Source of the DNA: Candidatus Bathyarchaeia archaeon
GTDB lineage: Archaea > Thermoproteota > Bathyarchaeia > Bathyarchaeales > Bathycorpusculaceae
DNA length: 64,000 nucleotides
Assembly (NCBI GenBank): GCA_049969855.1
Contig: JBMFOB010000002.1
Span: forward strand, 1-64,000
Direction of reading: 5' to 3'
The position numbers were made by a program, and so were the translations under genes. Positions 30,055-39,424 of the stretch are shown in pieces. The notes beneath the pieces were generated by a model, which did not search any database, was not told where the DNA came from, and worked only from the letters and a program-made list of their open reading frames with translations. Position 1 is the first letter of the stretch; each line of letters begins with the position of its first letter.

Positions 30055-30840
30055 TCAAATTTTCACAAACTCCCTTTCTCTACGTTCAAAAACGCACGCT
30101 TGAGTATAACCCACCCTCTTTGCCAATTTTACGGCATCTGCGAAATCTCTGCCAACATCGTCTGGTTCATGGGCGTCTGAGCCGAAAACTATTGGAACAT
30201 TATGGTTGTGTAATATTTTCAAAAATTGTTCGCTTGGGTAAATTTCACGGCACGGCCTCCTTAATCCGCTAGTGTTAATTTCGGCGCAAACGTTAGACTT
30301 TGCCATTGCTTCAGCAGTTTCTATAAGAATATATGAAAAATCAGTTTTGGGCTTAAACCCGAAAATTTTTATCAAATCCGGATGAGCCAAAATGTCAAAA
30401 AGCTGACTTTCGCACATTTTTTTGACGAGGCTGAAATATTCTTCATAAGTTTTTAGGATGTCTCTTTTTGAGTATTCATTAATCTGCGATGGCGAGTCAA
30501 CAGACCAGTTGTCAATAAAATGGACAGCCCCAATAACATAGTCAAATGGTTGTTTCTGAATGAAATCTCTAATTTTTTGAGCAAAACTTGGAATGAAATC
30601 CACTTCGGCACCCAACTTCAGTTGCAATTCTGCTATTGCTTTTAAATCGAGAAAATGTTGAAGGTATGTTGGCATAGACTTGATGGGTGTAAATGGATGA
30701 CCCTCAATGTTGTGTAATTTTGTGTGTTCTGAAAAGCCTATTTCGCCCAACCTCTTTTCCTTTGCTTTTCTAATGTATTCTTCCATTGAGCCTTTGGCGT
30801 CCATCGAAGCCTCCGTGTGAATGTGGTAATCAGCAATCAT
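30055..30840 (-). CDS. PHP-family histidinol-phosphatase (HisJ-like)
   Basis: DYHIHT, SEH, GAE.D, DYVIGAVH, AHPD, EINTSG, GSDAH. Confidence 0.88.
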   Translation of the reverse strand: MIADYHIHTEASMDAKGSMEEYIRKAKEKRLGEIGFSEHTKLHNIEGHPFTPIKSMPTYLQHFLDLKAIAELQLKLGAEVDFIPSFAQKIRDFIQKQPFDYVIGAVHFIDNWSVDSPSQINEYSKRDILKTYEEYFSLVKKMCESQLFDILAHPDLIKIFGFKPKTDFSYILIETAEAMAKSNVCAEINTSGLRRPCREIYPSEQFLKILHNHNVPIVFGSDAHEPDDVGRDFADAVKLAKRVGYTQACVFERREREFVKI

Positions 30841-31666
30841 TTAATTCACTTTTCCTTAAGGTCCTGATTTTTCCACCGTTTTTCTGCACAAGCTCTGACA
30901 ACTGAATTATGGCTTTTCCAATGCGGTCCTTTGCGATTTTAGAGTTTTCCGCAGTTGTTGAAAAGTGAATTTCTATATGCGGCTTTTTCTCTTCGCCTTT
31001 TGGGTGGGATTTTATGTAAACGTATGGGTTGTCATGCATTGCCTTGTCTATTAATGGAGCTAAAGAGGATTCCATAATGTTGTCAGCGTAAATGCTTGTT
31101 TCAAAAAACACAGCCTTTCCAGCTTCCCTTTTTAGGAGAGGCGCAACAGATTCTTCAAAGATGGCTTCCATTTCTGATGGGACGCCTGGCAATGCTATTA
31201 AAATTGTTTTTTCAATTTCAATCATTACTCCTGGAGCAGTGCCGACTGGGTTTGGTATTGGTTCTGTCCCTTCTGGAAGCGTTGCCATCTTTATTCTTGG
31301 TGGTGTCAACTCCACCTGTTCGATTCTTCTAGCTTTGGCGTAGGCTTCATATTTTTCCCTAACCATTTTCAAAGCCTTTTCGTTAACCTCCAATTTGCGG
31401 TTTAGAGCCTTGGCTATTCCTTCCAAAGTTTTGTCATCAAAGGTTGGTCCCAATCCGCCTGTCGTTATTATGAACCGTGGTTTTCGCTGCAAGGCTTCTT
31501 TGACGATTTTGGCAATCTCTTCAACGTCATCGCTTACAACCGTTATCCGCTTAACCGTTACCCCAAACGCTGTGGCACGTTTAGCAAGCCAATGGGCGTT
31601 CGTGTTTAAAGTCTTGCCAATTAACAACTCATTGCCCACGCAGATTATTTCCATTTGCTGAACCAT
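30830..31666 (-). CDS. CinA-like molybdopterin-binding domain protein
   Basis: VGNELLIG.TLNTN, TTGGLGPTFDD.T, NPVGTAPG, LPGVP.EM. Confidence 0.9.
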   Translation of the reverse strand: MVQQMEIICVGNELLIGKTLNTNAHWLAKRATAFGVTVKRITVVSDDVEEIAKIVKEALQRKPRFIITTGGLGPTFDDKTLEGIAKALNRKLEVNEKALKMVREKYEAYAKARRIEQVELTPPRIKMATLPEGTEPIPNPVGTAPGVMIEIEKTILIALPGVPSEMEAIFEESVAPLLKREAGKAVFFETSIYADNIMESSLAPLIDKAMHDNPYVYIKSHPKGEEKKPHIEIHFSTTAENSKIAKDRIGKAIIQLSELVQKNGGKIRTLRKSELNDC

Positions 31667-31757
31667 ATTTTCACGTTTCCCGTTTTAGACGTTAAAAAAT
31701 AAATTATTTGCTTTTATGCTGTTTGCTAATTTACCGTTAAAAACGGTTGAACAGCGT

Positions 31758-31964
31758 TTATTTTTTCTTGCTAAGCCACCACTTCAAATATTCCTTTTTC
31801 TGCTTTTCCTGCTCTTCTTCCTTTGTCTCAAAGGTTGGTCTCAGCTTTTCTCGCAGTTCCATCAACTCTTGCTGCGTCACAGATAATCCGCAGCTTTTGC
31901 AGACATAATGTTTGGTGGCTAATATATACTGCATCTCGCCTCCACATTCTGGACAATATGGCAT
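31758..31964 (-). CDS. Small Zn-ribbon protein
   Basis: MPYCPECGGEM...YVCKSCG; C-terminal EYLKWWL. Confidence 0.8.
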   Translation of the reverse strand: MPYCPECGGEMQYILATKHYVCKSCGLSVTQQELMELREKLRPTFETKEEEQEKQKKEYLKWWLSKKK

Positions 31965-32067
31965 TTTAACCCCATTCAACCTAGTCTTAAAGAATTGAAT
32001 GTGTGCCGTCAAATAAAAGGGTTTTTAAAAGAAAACCAACGTTAGCACGCAACAATTTCACAATTTG

Positions 32068-32234
32068 TTATTGTGAACTTTCCAATAGTTCGCATATCAT
32101 ATGAATGCAATTAGCACAATACACTTGTCAAGTTGCAATATGTAAACAGTATAGGCGTCTTTTCTGCAAATGTCACATTTATGCCAACGAACAATTAAGT
32201 CATCATTGAAGACTTGTTTAGGCGTCTTTTCCAT
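32068..32234 (-). pseudogene. Possible small Zn-finger gene with a 1-nt frameshift
   Basis: ATG 32234 reads MEKTPKQVF...KCDICRK...LQLD; the second CxxC (VYCANCIHMICELLESSQ*) is in the adjacent frame; span 167 nt, one short of an intact frame. Confidence 0.4.
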
Positions 32235-32315
32235 CTCCAGTTTCAACCATGAAGAGCACCCTTTAAAACAAGCGGGTGAAATATATGTTTCGTAAAAATT
32301 TCAATGATACACTTA

Positions 32316-33407
32316 TTATGTGATAAAGTTTGTCAACTTCGCTTCCTTAGCAAAATGCAACGCCTTCTCCATCTCTTCTCTAGTAAGCCTTCTGCGCAAT
32401 TCAGGAATCTCATAAGCTCGCCATTCTGGTCTATACTGAAACATCACATTAACCCTTGTTTCCACGCCCAAATTTTCAGCTATCCAGCTTAAAATAGGCT
32501 TTGTGCAGCATTCCAAATGGTTTGGCAAAACCAATATGCGAATTATTAATTCGCCATAATTTTTTGCTTCCAAATGATTGCGTGTACACACATCCCAATA
32601 GTTTGGTGCTTCAGAAATCTTTTCAGCACATTCGCCTGGACCATACTTAAAATCTAAAAGGTAAACATCAGCAAACCCAGCTAAAAGTTGTGCTGTTTCT
32701 GGACTGTAATAAGTGTTTGAGTTCCAAACAACCGGTATGTTTACATTCACATGCTTAAAAGTTTCAAGCCATTGGTGAAGCCATGGCGTTGGTTCTCCAC
32801 CCACAAGGTTGGCGTTTCTGCAACCGCTTAAACGCAAATTTTCCACTTCCCTAGCCAAATCTTCCACTTTGTAGGCTTCTCCTTTCTCCATCCATTGAGA
32901 AATTGTCCAATTCTGACAATGCTTACAGCGCATAGTGCACCCCATAGTGAAAATTGTTCCAGAAGGCACAAGCTCCGGTTCCTCGCCAACATGCTCAAAA
33001 ATACTTGAAACCGTTATCTTGGTGCCACATCTGCAGAAACCCAGCTTACCTTCGTTTCTGTTCACTCCACATCTGCGAGTACAAAAATGACAGTTGGAAA
33101 GAATCTTTTTGGCAATTTCAATTTTCAAATCAAGATAAGACTTCTCCGGAATCGGCACTTCCTTAAAACTCTCTTTTTCAGCATCAATTTCTCCCTGAAG
33201 TTTATAAAATTCCTCCGTAAGTTTCGCATGTTTCCGCCAAAGCTCCTTTAAAGAATCGTCTCCGCCAAAATCAACGCCAAGTTTTTTCGCTATCAAAAAT
33301 TTCGCCGGCTTCTCATTATGCGCAACAGCAAAATACCTACTCAAACTTTTCCTCGCCATCTCATCACTAAGCACACTCATTGCGTCTGGACGAAGAAGTC
33401 TCCACAT
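32316..33407 (-). CDS. PflX-like radical SAM protein
   Basis: CHFCTRRCGVNR, H.GEE.ELVPSGTIF, GCTMRCKHCQNW.ISQ, GGEPTP, DFKYG. Confidence 0.9.
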   Translation of the reverse strand: MWRLLRPDAMSVLSDEMARKSLSRYFAVAHNEKPAKFLIAKKLGVDFGGDDSLKELWRKHAKLTEEFYKLQGEIDAEKESFKEVPIPEKSYLDLKIEIAKKILSNCHFCTRRCGVNRNEGKLGFCRCGTKITVSSIFEHVGEEPELVPSGTIFTMGCTMRCKHCQNWTISQWMEKGEAYKVEDLAREVENLRLSGCRNANLVGGEPTPWLHQWLETFKHVNVNIPVVWNSNTYYSPETAQLLAGFADVYLLDFKYGPGECAEKISEAPNYWDVCTRNHLEAKNYGELIIRILVLPNHLECCTKPILSWIAENLGVETRVNVMFQYRPEWRAYEIPELRRRLTREEMEKALHFAKEAKLTNFIT

Positions 33408-33459
33408 TTCTCTTCAACAACTATTTTACTCACAGAATTATTAAAACAAGACGCACCAA

Positions 33460-33513
33460 AACCAAACGCCTATTTGGCTTCAAATAGACGGGCTATTAGT
33501 CGTTGCGCACACA
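33460..33513 (-). repeat. 54-bp dispersed hairpin repeat, copy 1
   Basis: Reverse complement matches 41147..41200 at 47/54 positions (manual alignment); internal stem CGTCTATTTG/CAAATAGGCG. Confidence 0.8.
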
Positions 33514-33586
33514 AACACTCAGCAACAAAAGACGAAACATTCATAAATAAGTAACGTCAACTTTGTGCATTTGACGGGTGAGGCTA

Positions 33587-33967
33587 ATGTCAAAACCCTT
33601 TTACGTAAAATTCGAAGTTCCAAAAGAAATTGCAGATGCAGCCTATGAAGCCCTCCAAATAGCCGCAAAAACAGGCACAGTTAGAAAAGGAACAAACGAA
33701 ACCACAAAAGCCATAGAGAGAGCCCAAGCAAAGCTTGTCATAATAGCCGAAGATGTTGACCCACCAGAAGTCGTAGCCCATTTGCCACTGCTCTGCGAAG
33801 AAAGAAAAATCCCATACATATTTGTTCCAAGCAAAGAAAAAATAGGCAACGCCATAGGCATAGACGTTTCAGCCGCCTCTGCATGCATAGTCAAGGAAGG
33901 AGACGCCGCTGGACTAGTTAAAGAAATAGTTACAAGAATTGAAACCCTGAAAAGAGGAGCCAAATGA
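33587..33967 (+). CDS. rpl7ae: 50S ribosomal protein L7Ae
   Basis: [31 protein letters not shown]. Confidence 0.97.
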   Translation: MSKPFYVKFEVPKEIADAAYEALQIAAKTGTVRKGTNETTKAIERAQAKLVIIAEDVDPPEVVAHLPLLCEERKIPYIFVPSKEKIGNAIGIDVSAASACIVKEGDAAGLVKEIVTRIETLKRGAK

Positions 33968-34194
33968 TGAGCAAAGAGGAAAAAGAAGCAGCGGAAGAAA
34001 TAACACCTGCAGAAGTAATTCAGATAATCGGACGCACAGGTGTAACAGGCGAAATCACCCAAGTACGGGTTCGCATATTAGAAGGAAAAGACAAGGGACG
34101 CATCATAACACGAAACGTCAAAGGACCAGTGCGGGTTCAAGACATACTAATGCTTAGAGAAACCGAAAGAGAAGCCAAAAAAATCACCAGATAA
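33964..34194 (+). CDS. rps28e: 30S ribosomal protein S28e
   Basis: [35 protein letters not shown]. Confidence 0.97.
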   Translation: MMSKEEKEAAEEITPAEVIQIIGRTGVTGEITQVRVRILEGKDKGRIITRNVKGPVRVQDILMLRETEREAKKITR

Positions 34195-34224
34195 TCGATT
34201 CAAATCTTTAAAAGAGGGTCAAAT

Positions 34225-34422
34225 TTGCCTAAGCCAAGGAAATGTTCATTTTGCGGCAACGAATTCCCAGCCGGCACCGGCATAATGTACGTTAAAAATG
34301 ACGGTTCAACTTTATGGTTCTGTTCAAGCAAATGCAGAAAAAGTTCCCTAAAATTCGGACGAGACGCACGAAAACTTAAATGGACAACCTATTTCGGCAA
34401 AGAAGAGAAAGGAAAAGCCTAA
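34225..34422 (+). CDS. rpl24e: 50S ribosomal protein L24e
   Basis: CSFCG...PAGTG.MYV..DG....[12 protein letters not shown]. Confidence 0.97.
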   Translation: MPKPRKCSFCGNEFPAGTGIMYVKNDGSTLWFCSSKCRKSSLKFGRDARKLKWTTYFGKEEKGKA

Positions 34423-34430
34423 CTTTAAAA

Positions 34431-35957
34431 TTATCTCTTATTTCCAACCATTTTTTCCCATAAAGGCTTGTTGCGGATGCAGCCGATATCTGGCGTGTTC
34501 ACGTTTCCATTGAAGTAGCTGTAGGCTCTTGCTCGGCATCCTCCGCAGATATATTTGTCTGGGCAACTTCCGCAACCAACCCTTTTTCCATCAACAATGT
34601 AGTCTTCAAGGTTTTCTCTTATGCGAAGTTTCCATAAAAGCGGATGTTTGTCCCATATTTCTTTGAAACTGTCTTTAAGTATGTTGCCTAAAACTGTGTT
34701 TTTGTTTGTGGGGAAGAAGACGCATGGTTTTATGTCTCCGTTGGGCTCTATCGCGCAGTATAAGCGTCCAGCACCGCATCCGCCTAAAAAGTTTGCGACG
34801 CTTTCCACGCCCTTCTTCGCCGCGTAGTGGGCTTCAACCATGAATTTTTCGCCGAACTGTTTCGAAAGCTCTCTTGTTACGCTTGCGTATTGGGGGCACG
34901 TGCTAAAAAATCTGTCAACTTTCACGTTTGACTTTCCATGCTTTAACTCTTCTTCTTTTGCTTGCAAGTATAATCCAATTATCTCTTTTCCTATTGTTTC
35001 TAGCACATGAAGCCTCTCGTCTGGAGAGAGGTCTAATTCAACATAAGTCTTCGCCCTTCCGGTTGGGATATAATTAAAATGCATGAATCTCACGCCTAAC
35101 TGTTTCGACATTTCTATTAGCTTGTCAAGTTCGGATAAGTTGTCTCTGTGTATGGTTGTTGCAATGCATGTGTCTATGCCCATTTCTACGCAATTTTTGA
35201 CGCCTTCCATGGCTCTTTCAAATGCGCCCGGTATGCCCCTAAACTCATCATGCACTCCAGGCGTGGCGCCGTCGATGCTTATTTCCGCATAATCAATTCC
35301 AGCATCCTTAATCCTTTTCGCATTATCTTTAGTGATGAGTGTCCCGTTAGAGGCTATGCTCACGTAGCCTATGCGTTTTTTGGCGTAGGCTGCAAGTTCA
35401 AAGAAATCCTTTCTTGCGAGGGGTTCGCCTCCGCTGAAGGATAGCGCTGGCAAGCCTATTCCCGCAATTTTTGAGAGAATATCCAAGACTTGTTTGGCTT
35501 CTTCTGTTGAAAGTTCTGGACGTTTTATGCCGCCAGCATTTTCATAGCAGTGCTTACATCTTAAATTGCATTGGTAAGTGAAGTTCCAAACAATTTCGAA
35601 GGGGCCAGCAGGCGTGAAGGGGATACGCACGCCATACTTTTCTATACCCTTCATCATTAAGCCGAAGCCTCTAAGCCAAGCCTCACCATACTCTTGGTTA
35701 AAAAACTGGTTTCTCATAAAGTTCTTATCTGCCTTTAAAAGGCGGCTTCCAATTTCATAAAAAGGCTTGGCTATATTATTGCTTATATGTTGGCATGAGG
35801 GACAAAGAGTGAGTTGGGCATCTAAAAATTCCTTTAGAGAGTTTAGAAGCAAGTTGCCATCTATTGTGCATTCGTTATCAAAACGACTAATTAAGGATTT
35901 AAGAAGAGGGTTTACAGCTACTGAGAAAAATGCGTTTTCGATAGTTTCGATTTGCAT
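34431..35957 (-). CDS. Radical SAM / SPASM domain protein
   Basis: CNLRCKHC, SGGEPL, SIDG; SPASM GCGAG...C...G.IKPC...CGSC....CGGCRARA. Confidence 0.9.
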   Translation of the reverse strand: MQIETIENAFFSVAVNPLLKSLISRFDNECTIDGNLLLNSLKEFLDAQLTLCPSCQHISNNIAKPFYEIGSRLLKADKNFMRNQFFNQEYGEAWLRGFGLMMKGIEKYGVRIPFTPAGPFEIVWNFTYQCNLRCKHCYENAGGIKRPELSTEEAKQVLDILSKIAGIGLPALSFSGGEPLARKDFFELAAYAKKRIGYVSIASNGTLITKDNAKRIKDAGIDYAEISIDGATPGVHDEFRGIPGAFERAMEGVKNCVEMGIDTCIATTIHRDNLSELDKLIEMSKQLGVRFMHFNYIPTGRAKTYVELDLSPDERLHVLETIGKEIIGLYLQAKEEELKHGKSNVKVDRFFSTCPQYASVTRELSKQFGEKFMVEAHYAAKKGVESVANFLGGCGAGRLYCAIEPNGDIKPCVFFPTNKNTVLGNILKDSFKEIWDKHPLLWKLRIRENLEDYIVDGKRVGCGSCPDKYICGGCRARAYSYFNGNVNTPDIGCIRNKPLWEKMVGNKR

Positions 35958-36050
35958 AGGAGTTTGCCTCCTTTTTTGTTTAAAACTTCTTAGATAATAT
36001 TTTTTTGTTTGGGTAGTGAAAAAGAAAGGGGGATGTGAAGGTTTGTGCTG

Positions 36051-37529
36051 TTAGATTGCACCACTGGGTGCTTTTGTGTATCCTTTTCCTCGCGTGTAAA
36101 TGAAGGCGGCGAATAATGCTTCGTCTGCTGTGAGCCATCCTGCGCCTGCGTCATGGTCGTTGTTGGGAAACGCCGGGCCATAGTAGGGATCTACTACCCA
36201 CTTTGTTTCCGATGACAGTGGAATATTAGAGGCGGCCTTTTTGAGCACCCATTCCATGTTGTTCTGAGTGAAGCTTGGATAGTTCTGTGCCACTATTGCG
36301 GCTACACCTGCTACGTGTGGTGTCGCCATGCTTGTGCCCCACAGACCGTAGTAGGCTGTTGGAGCCCACAGGTTAACCCATGCTGCACCGTTCCAGGCTG
36401 CTTCTGGTTTGTATGGCCCGACAACGTAACATCCAGGTGCACACACGTCTAGGTCCTTCCAACTTTGGCCCAGTTCTGGGTTCGGTCTGCCGCTGAACTC
36501 TGCTAGGTATATCTGCCAGTGGTTGTCGTAGTAGTTGTCGGGAACTCCATAATATTGCTCGATTGGGTTGTTATTTGTGTTAAGGTTTTCCGGAACGTCG
36601 CTTAAGTACCATCTGTAGGGTGATGGTGGGTTCGATGGCGGATAGCCTACCATTTGCATTGTCCAGCCGCCAGCTGCGCATGAAATTACTTCTGGGTATG
36701 CTCCCGGCCAGTCCATTTGAGCCTCTCCTGAATTGCCAGCAGCGAACGTGAAGATTACGCCTTTGCTTATTGCATAGTCTATGGCTTCTCGTATGGCTGG
36801 TGTAGGTTCATAAGATCCCCAGCTGTTGGTGCAGATCATTGGGTGGTAGGTTTCGGCAAGTTCCGCCACATAGTATATGGCTGAACAAAGCATCCAGTCG
36901 TCTCCCCCTCTGAATAGTACTTTTCCTGCGTGGTAGCCTGGGTAGGTTGGGTCGGGGCAGTCGAGCAGCCATGTGTCAAGCCCAAGTATCGGTATTATTG
37001 TTGCCTTAGGCGCAACCCCTCTAACTATGTGCGGGGTCACGCCAATCGTGCTGCGGTAGTATCCAACTATTGTGCTTACCACATGTGTACCGTGGCCTGA
37101 CCCCTCATATGCTTTTGTGATGAAGCCTCTGTCTGGGTTTTGCGTCCATTCAAAGTCATCTATGCTTGGGTTCCAAGAAACATTGTAGCTCCAACCTCTG
37201 CCTAAATCTGTTCTAATGTTTGCTGTTGGCGGGAGAAACTGTTGCCAGTTCTCAACTAGGCCTGTGTCTATTACGGCGATGTAGACTCCTTCACCACCAT
37301 TTGCAAAGTACTCAGCGTTCACCATGTCTATATCATAACCCAAATATACGCCTGCAGGATCAGGCAAAGGTTCACCAAAGCTTGCTTCCTCCACAAATAG
37401 TTCGTGAACAGGCTCTACGGTGTATTTAAGGGCAGGCTTATTCGACGCTTGCACAGACTTCGTACTCATTGGCATACAAGTCAAAGCAAGCATTGCAAGA
37501 ATTAAAATAGATACTAACATCTTTCTCAT
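36051..37529 (-). CDS. Secreted S8 subtilisin-like serine protease
   Basis: Signal peptide; VIDTG (Asp), HGTHV (His), AAGN, GTSMATPHV (Ser). Confidence 0.93.
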   Translation of the reverse strand: MRKMLVSILILAMLALTCMPMSTKSVQASNKPALKYTVEPVHELFVEEASFGEPLPDPAGVYLGYDIDMVNAEYFANGGEGVYIAVIDTGLVENWQQFLPPTANIRTDLGRGWSYNVSWNPSIDDFEWTQNPDRGFITKAYEGSGHGTHVVSTIVGYYRSTIGVTPHIVRGVAPKATIIPILGLDTWLLDCPDPTYPGYHAGKVLFRGGDDWMLCSAIYYVAELAETYHPMICTNSWGSYEPTPAIREAIDYAISKGVIFTFAAGNSGEAQMDWPGAYPEVISCAAGGWTMQMVGYPPSNPPSPYRWYLSDVPENLNTNNNPIEQYYGVPDNYYDNHWQIYLAEFSGRPNPELGQSWKDLDVCAPGCYVVGPYKPEAAWNGAAWVNLWAPTAYYGLWGTSMATPHVAGVAAIVAQNYPSFTQNNMEWVLKKAASNIPLSSETKWVVDPYYGPAFPNNDHDAGAGWLTADEALFAAFIYTRGKGYTKAPSGAI

Positions 37530-37850
37530 TTTTCCTTTTCTCCTTTCAAATTAAGCAAAATATATGTCATATTTGTTCTAATATTAAACTTGTGGAAGTT
37601 TGTTCTATCACTTATTACATCTGAAACAAATCAGAATCGCTTGAAAATTCACCATCTTTCACTCACATTGGCTTATCACTTATTTTGATTGGAGTTGGCA
37701 TAATAAGTTTCCTTTTGCTTTCAGAACACTCCATGAAAGATGGAAGAATTGTAGATTGCTTTTGTATATCATTTTTCGATATATAACCAACATAGAAAAA
37801 ACTGATTTATTAAGAAATGCGATAGAATTCATTAAAAAGAGGAACACAAT

Positions 37851-38075
37851 ATGGTTACAAAAAACAAAAAATCACAGAAAAAAATCAACTTGTTGAACAT
37901 GTCTGACATCGAAAAAGGTAAAGTTTTACGCGAGCTTAGACAAAACTTGCGGCAAAAAATCATTGAAGCAAAATTGTGGCAATCCTTCATAAATGCAGAA
38001 AACATAACCATAAACGGCGAGACTATCCAATGGAAAAACATTGACCTCAAAGGACTTACCCTTAACGAATTTTAA
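37851..38075 (+). CDS. Small hypothetical protein
   Basis: 74 aa with a GAGGA SD and an upstream AT-rich TTTATTAA element. Confidence 0.5.
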   Translation: MVTKNKKSQKKINLLNMSDIEKGKVLRELRQNLRQKIIEAKLWQSFINAENITINGETIQWKNIDLKGLTLNEF

Positions 38076-38137
38076 GATACGTCTTAACAACCACAATTTC
38101 TTCTTTCCAAAATGAAAGACAGCCATAGGACAAGTTT

Positions 38138-38245
38138 TGGTAGCGGGGGGTCGACTTTCAGGAGGTCAGACACTTGATCTCCTTTTGAACGACCGATCTC
38201 TGGGTTATGAGCCCAGCGGGTTAATCCTGGCTACCCCACCCCGCT
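38138..38245 (-). tRNA. Initiator tRNA-Met (CAT) with a 29-nt intron (38155..38183) at position 59/60
   Basis: AGCGGGG/CCCCGCT acceptor stem with A1-U72, CTGGG-CTCATAA-CCCAG anticodon arm with three G-C pairs, encoded CCA; T-loop interrupted by a BHB motif. Confidence 0.93.
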
Positions 38246-38339
38246 ACTTTATTGCTGGTTGAAGCCTTTCTTAAATCTTTTTGGGAACTGCCTTTAGTAA
38301 AAGATTTTAGTAGCGGAATCCTTTTATGGGCTTTGGCTG

Positions 38340-38990
38340 ATGCTTATGGATAAGCCCTATTTCCGTCAAACATTTAATCCCGTCCTTGAGAGTCCAGTTT
38401 TTGTTGAGGGGCTTCCGGGTTTTGGGAATGTTGGAAAGATTGCGGCACATCTTTTGATAAAGTTTTGTGGAGCAAAACCTTTTGCTGAGTTGTATTCGCC
38501 TTCTTTTCCAGATTATGTTTCTGTAAATTCTAGGGGGATTTGCCACTTGCCCCGTTATGAGTTTTATGCTGCACCAATGGAGAAAAACGACTTCATAATA
38601 ATGACTGGGGACACGCAGCCATCCTTTGATGATGTCGTTGCACATTATATGCTGTGTAATGAAATATTGGATTTTGTTGAAAAATATGGTTGCAGCTTCA
38701 TTGCAACACTCGGCGGAGTTCCAATGACAGGCGAGAAAGCGCAGGTTTATGTGGCTGCAACTTCGCATAGGCTTGCGACAGAGTTTATGGAGAAAGGCGC
38801 AGTAATATATGGCAAAGGCAGAATTGTAGGCGCTACAGGCTTATTGTTGGGGCTTGCAAAGGAACGCGGCTTAGAAGGCATATGCCTTTTAGGTGCCACA
38901 ACAGGTTTTAGGGCTGACCGCGGAGCAGGCTTTTCCGTTTTCAAGTTTCTCATGAAAGCACTTGGCAATGAAGTAAAGGAAGGGTTATAA
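38340..38990 (+). CDS. PAC2 family (proteasome assembly chaperone-like) protein
   Basis: VEGLPGFGNVGKIAA, YSPSFP, GDTQP, TLGG, IVGATGLLLG. Confidence 0.88.
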   Translation: MLMDKPYFRQTFNPVLESPVFVEGLPGFGNVGKIAAHLLIKFCGAKPFAELYSPSFPDYVSVNSRGICHLPRYEFYAAPMEKNDFIIMTGDTQPSFDDVVAHYMLCNEILDFVEKYGCSFIATLGGVPMTGEKAQVYVAATSHRLATEFMEKGAVIYGKGRIVGATGLLLGLAKERGLEGICLLGATTGFRADRGAGFSVFKFLMKALGNEVKEGL

Positions 38991-39032
38991 GAGAAAACCC
39001 TAATTTTAAATCGTTACAAGGAAAGTGAATAC

Positions 39033-39275
39033 ATGAGCGAAGAAAAAAAGACAATAAAAGAAGCTCGCAAGTTTGATTTAAGCTCAAAGTTTTGGAGAAC
39101 ACTTCTGCTTGTGTTAGCAGCCTTCCTAGTTTTTGCTGGACCAACATATTTTGTTTACGTGCTCAATATAGTTCTTGAAATAAACTATGCCGTTTCAATG
39201 GTTTCAGGTTTCGCCCTTTTCATAGTTGGTTTGGTGCTCATATGGTATTTGATTAAGAAAGGAGCTATTTCTTAA
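39033..39275 (+). CDS. Small membrane protein (2 TM)
   Basis: 80 aa, two hydrophobic helices, LVFAGPTY. Confidence 0.7.
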   Translation: MSEEKKTIKEARKFDLSSKFWRTLLLVLAAFLVFAGPTYFVYVLNIVLEINYAVSMVSGFALFIVGLVLIWYLIKKGAIS

Positions 39276-39276
39276 A

Positions 39277-39332
39277 GCCTCAGATACCCCAGGGTGCATC
39301 ATCTTTTTCAGACGAGTATGTTCTTCATCGGC
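39277..39332 (-). ncRNA. C/D-box guide sRNA
   Basis: Minus strand GCCG-ATGAAGA(C)-ACATACTCGT-CTGA(D')-AAAAG-ATGATGC(C')-ACCCTGGGGTAT-CTGA(D)-GGC; terminal GCC/GGC stem; 56 nt; intergenic. Confidence 0.8.
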
Positions 39333-39424
39333 AAGTGTAAAGTGTTTTTGCTATGTTAAAAATTGTTCGGTTGCTTATGGCAAGTTAGCAAAGCATATAA
39401 GATATGCCATAAGATATAATAAGT

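Noticed and set aside
38138-38160. att-site duplication of the tRNA-iMet 3' end
   Set aside because: No second copy was spotted in the window and there is no integrase
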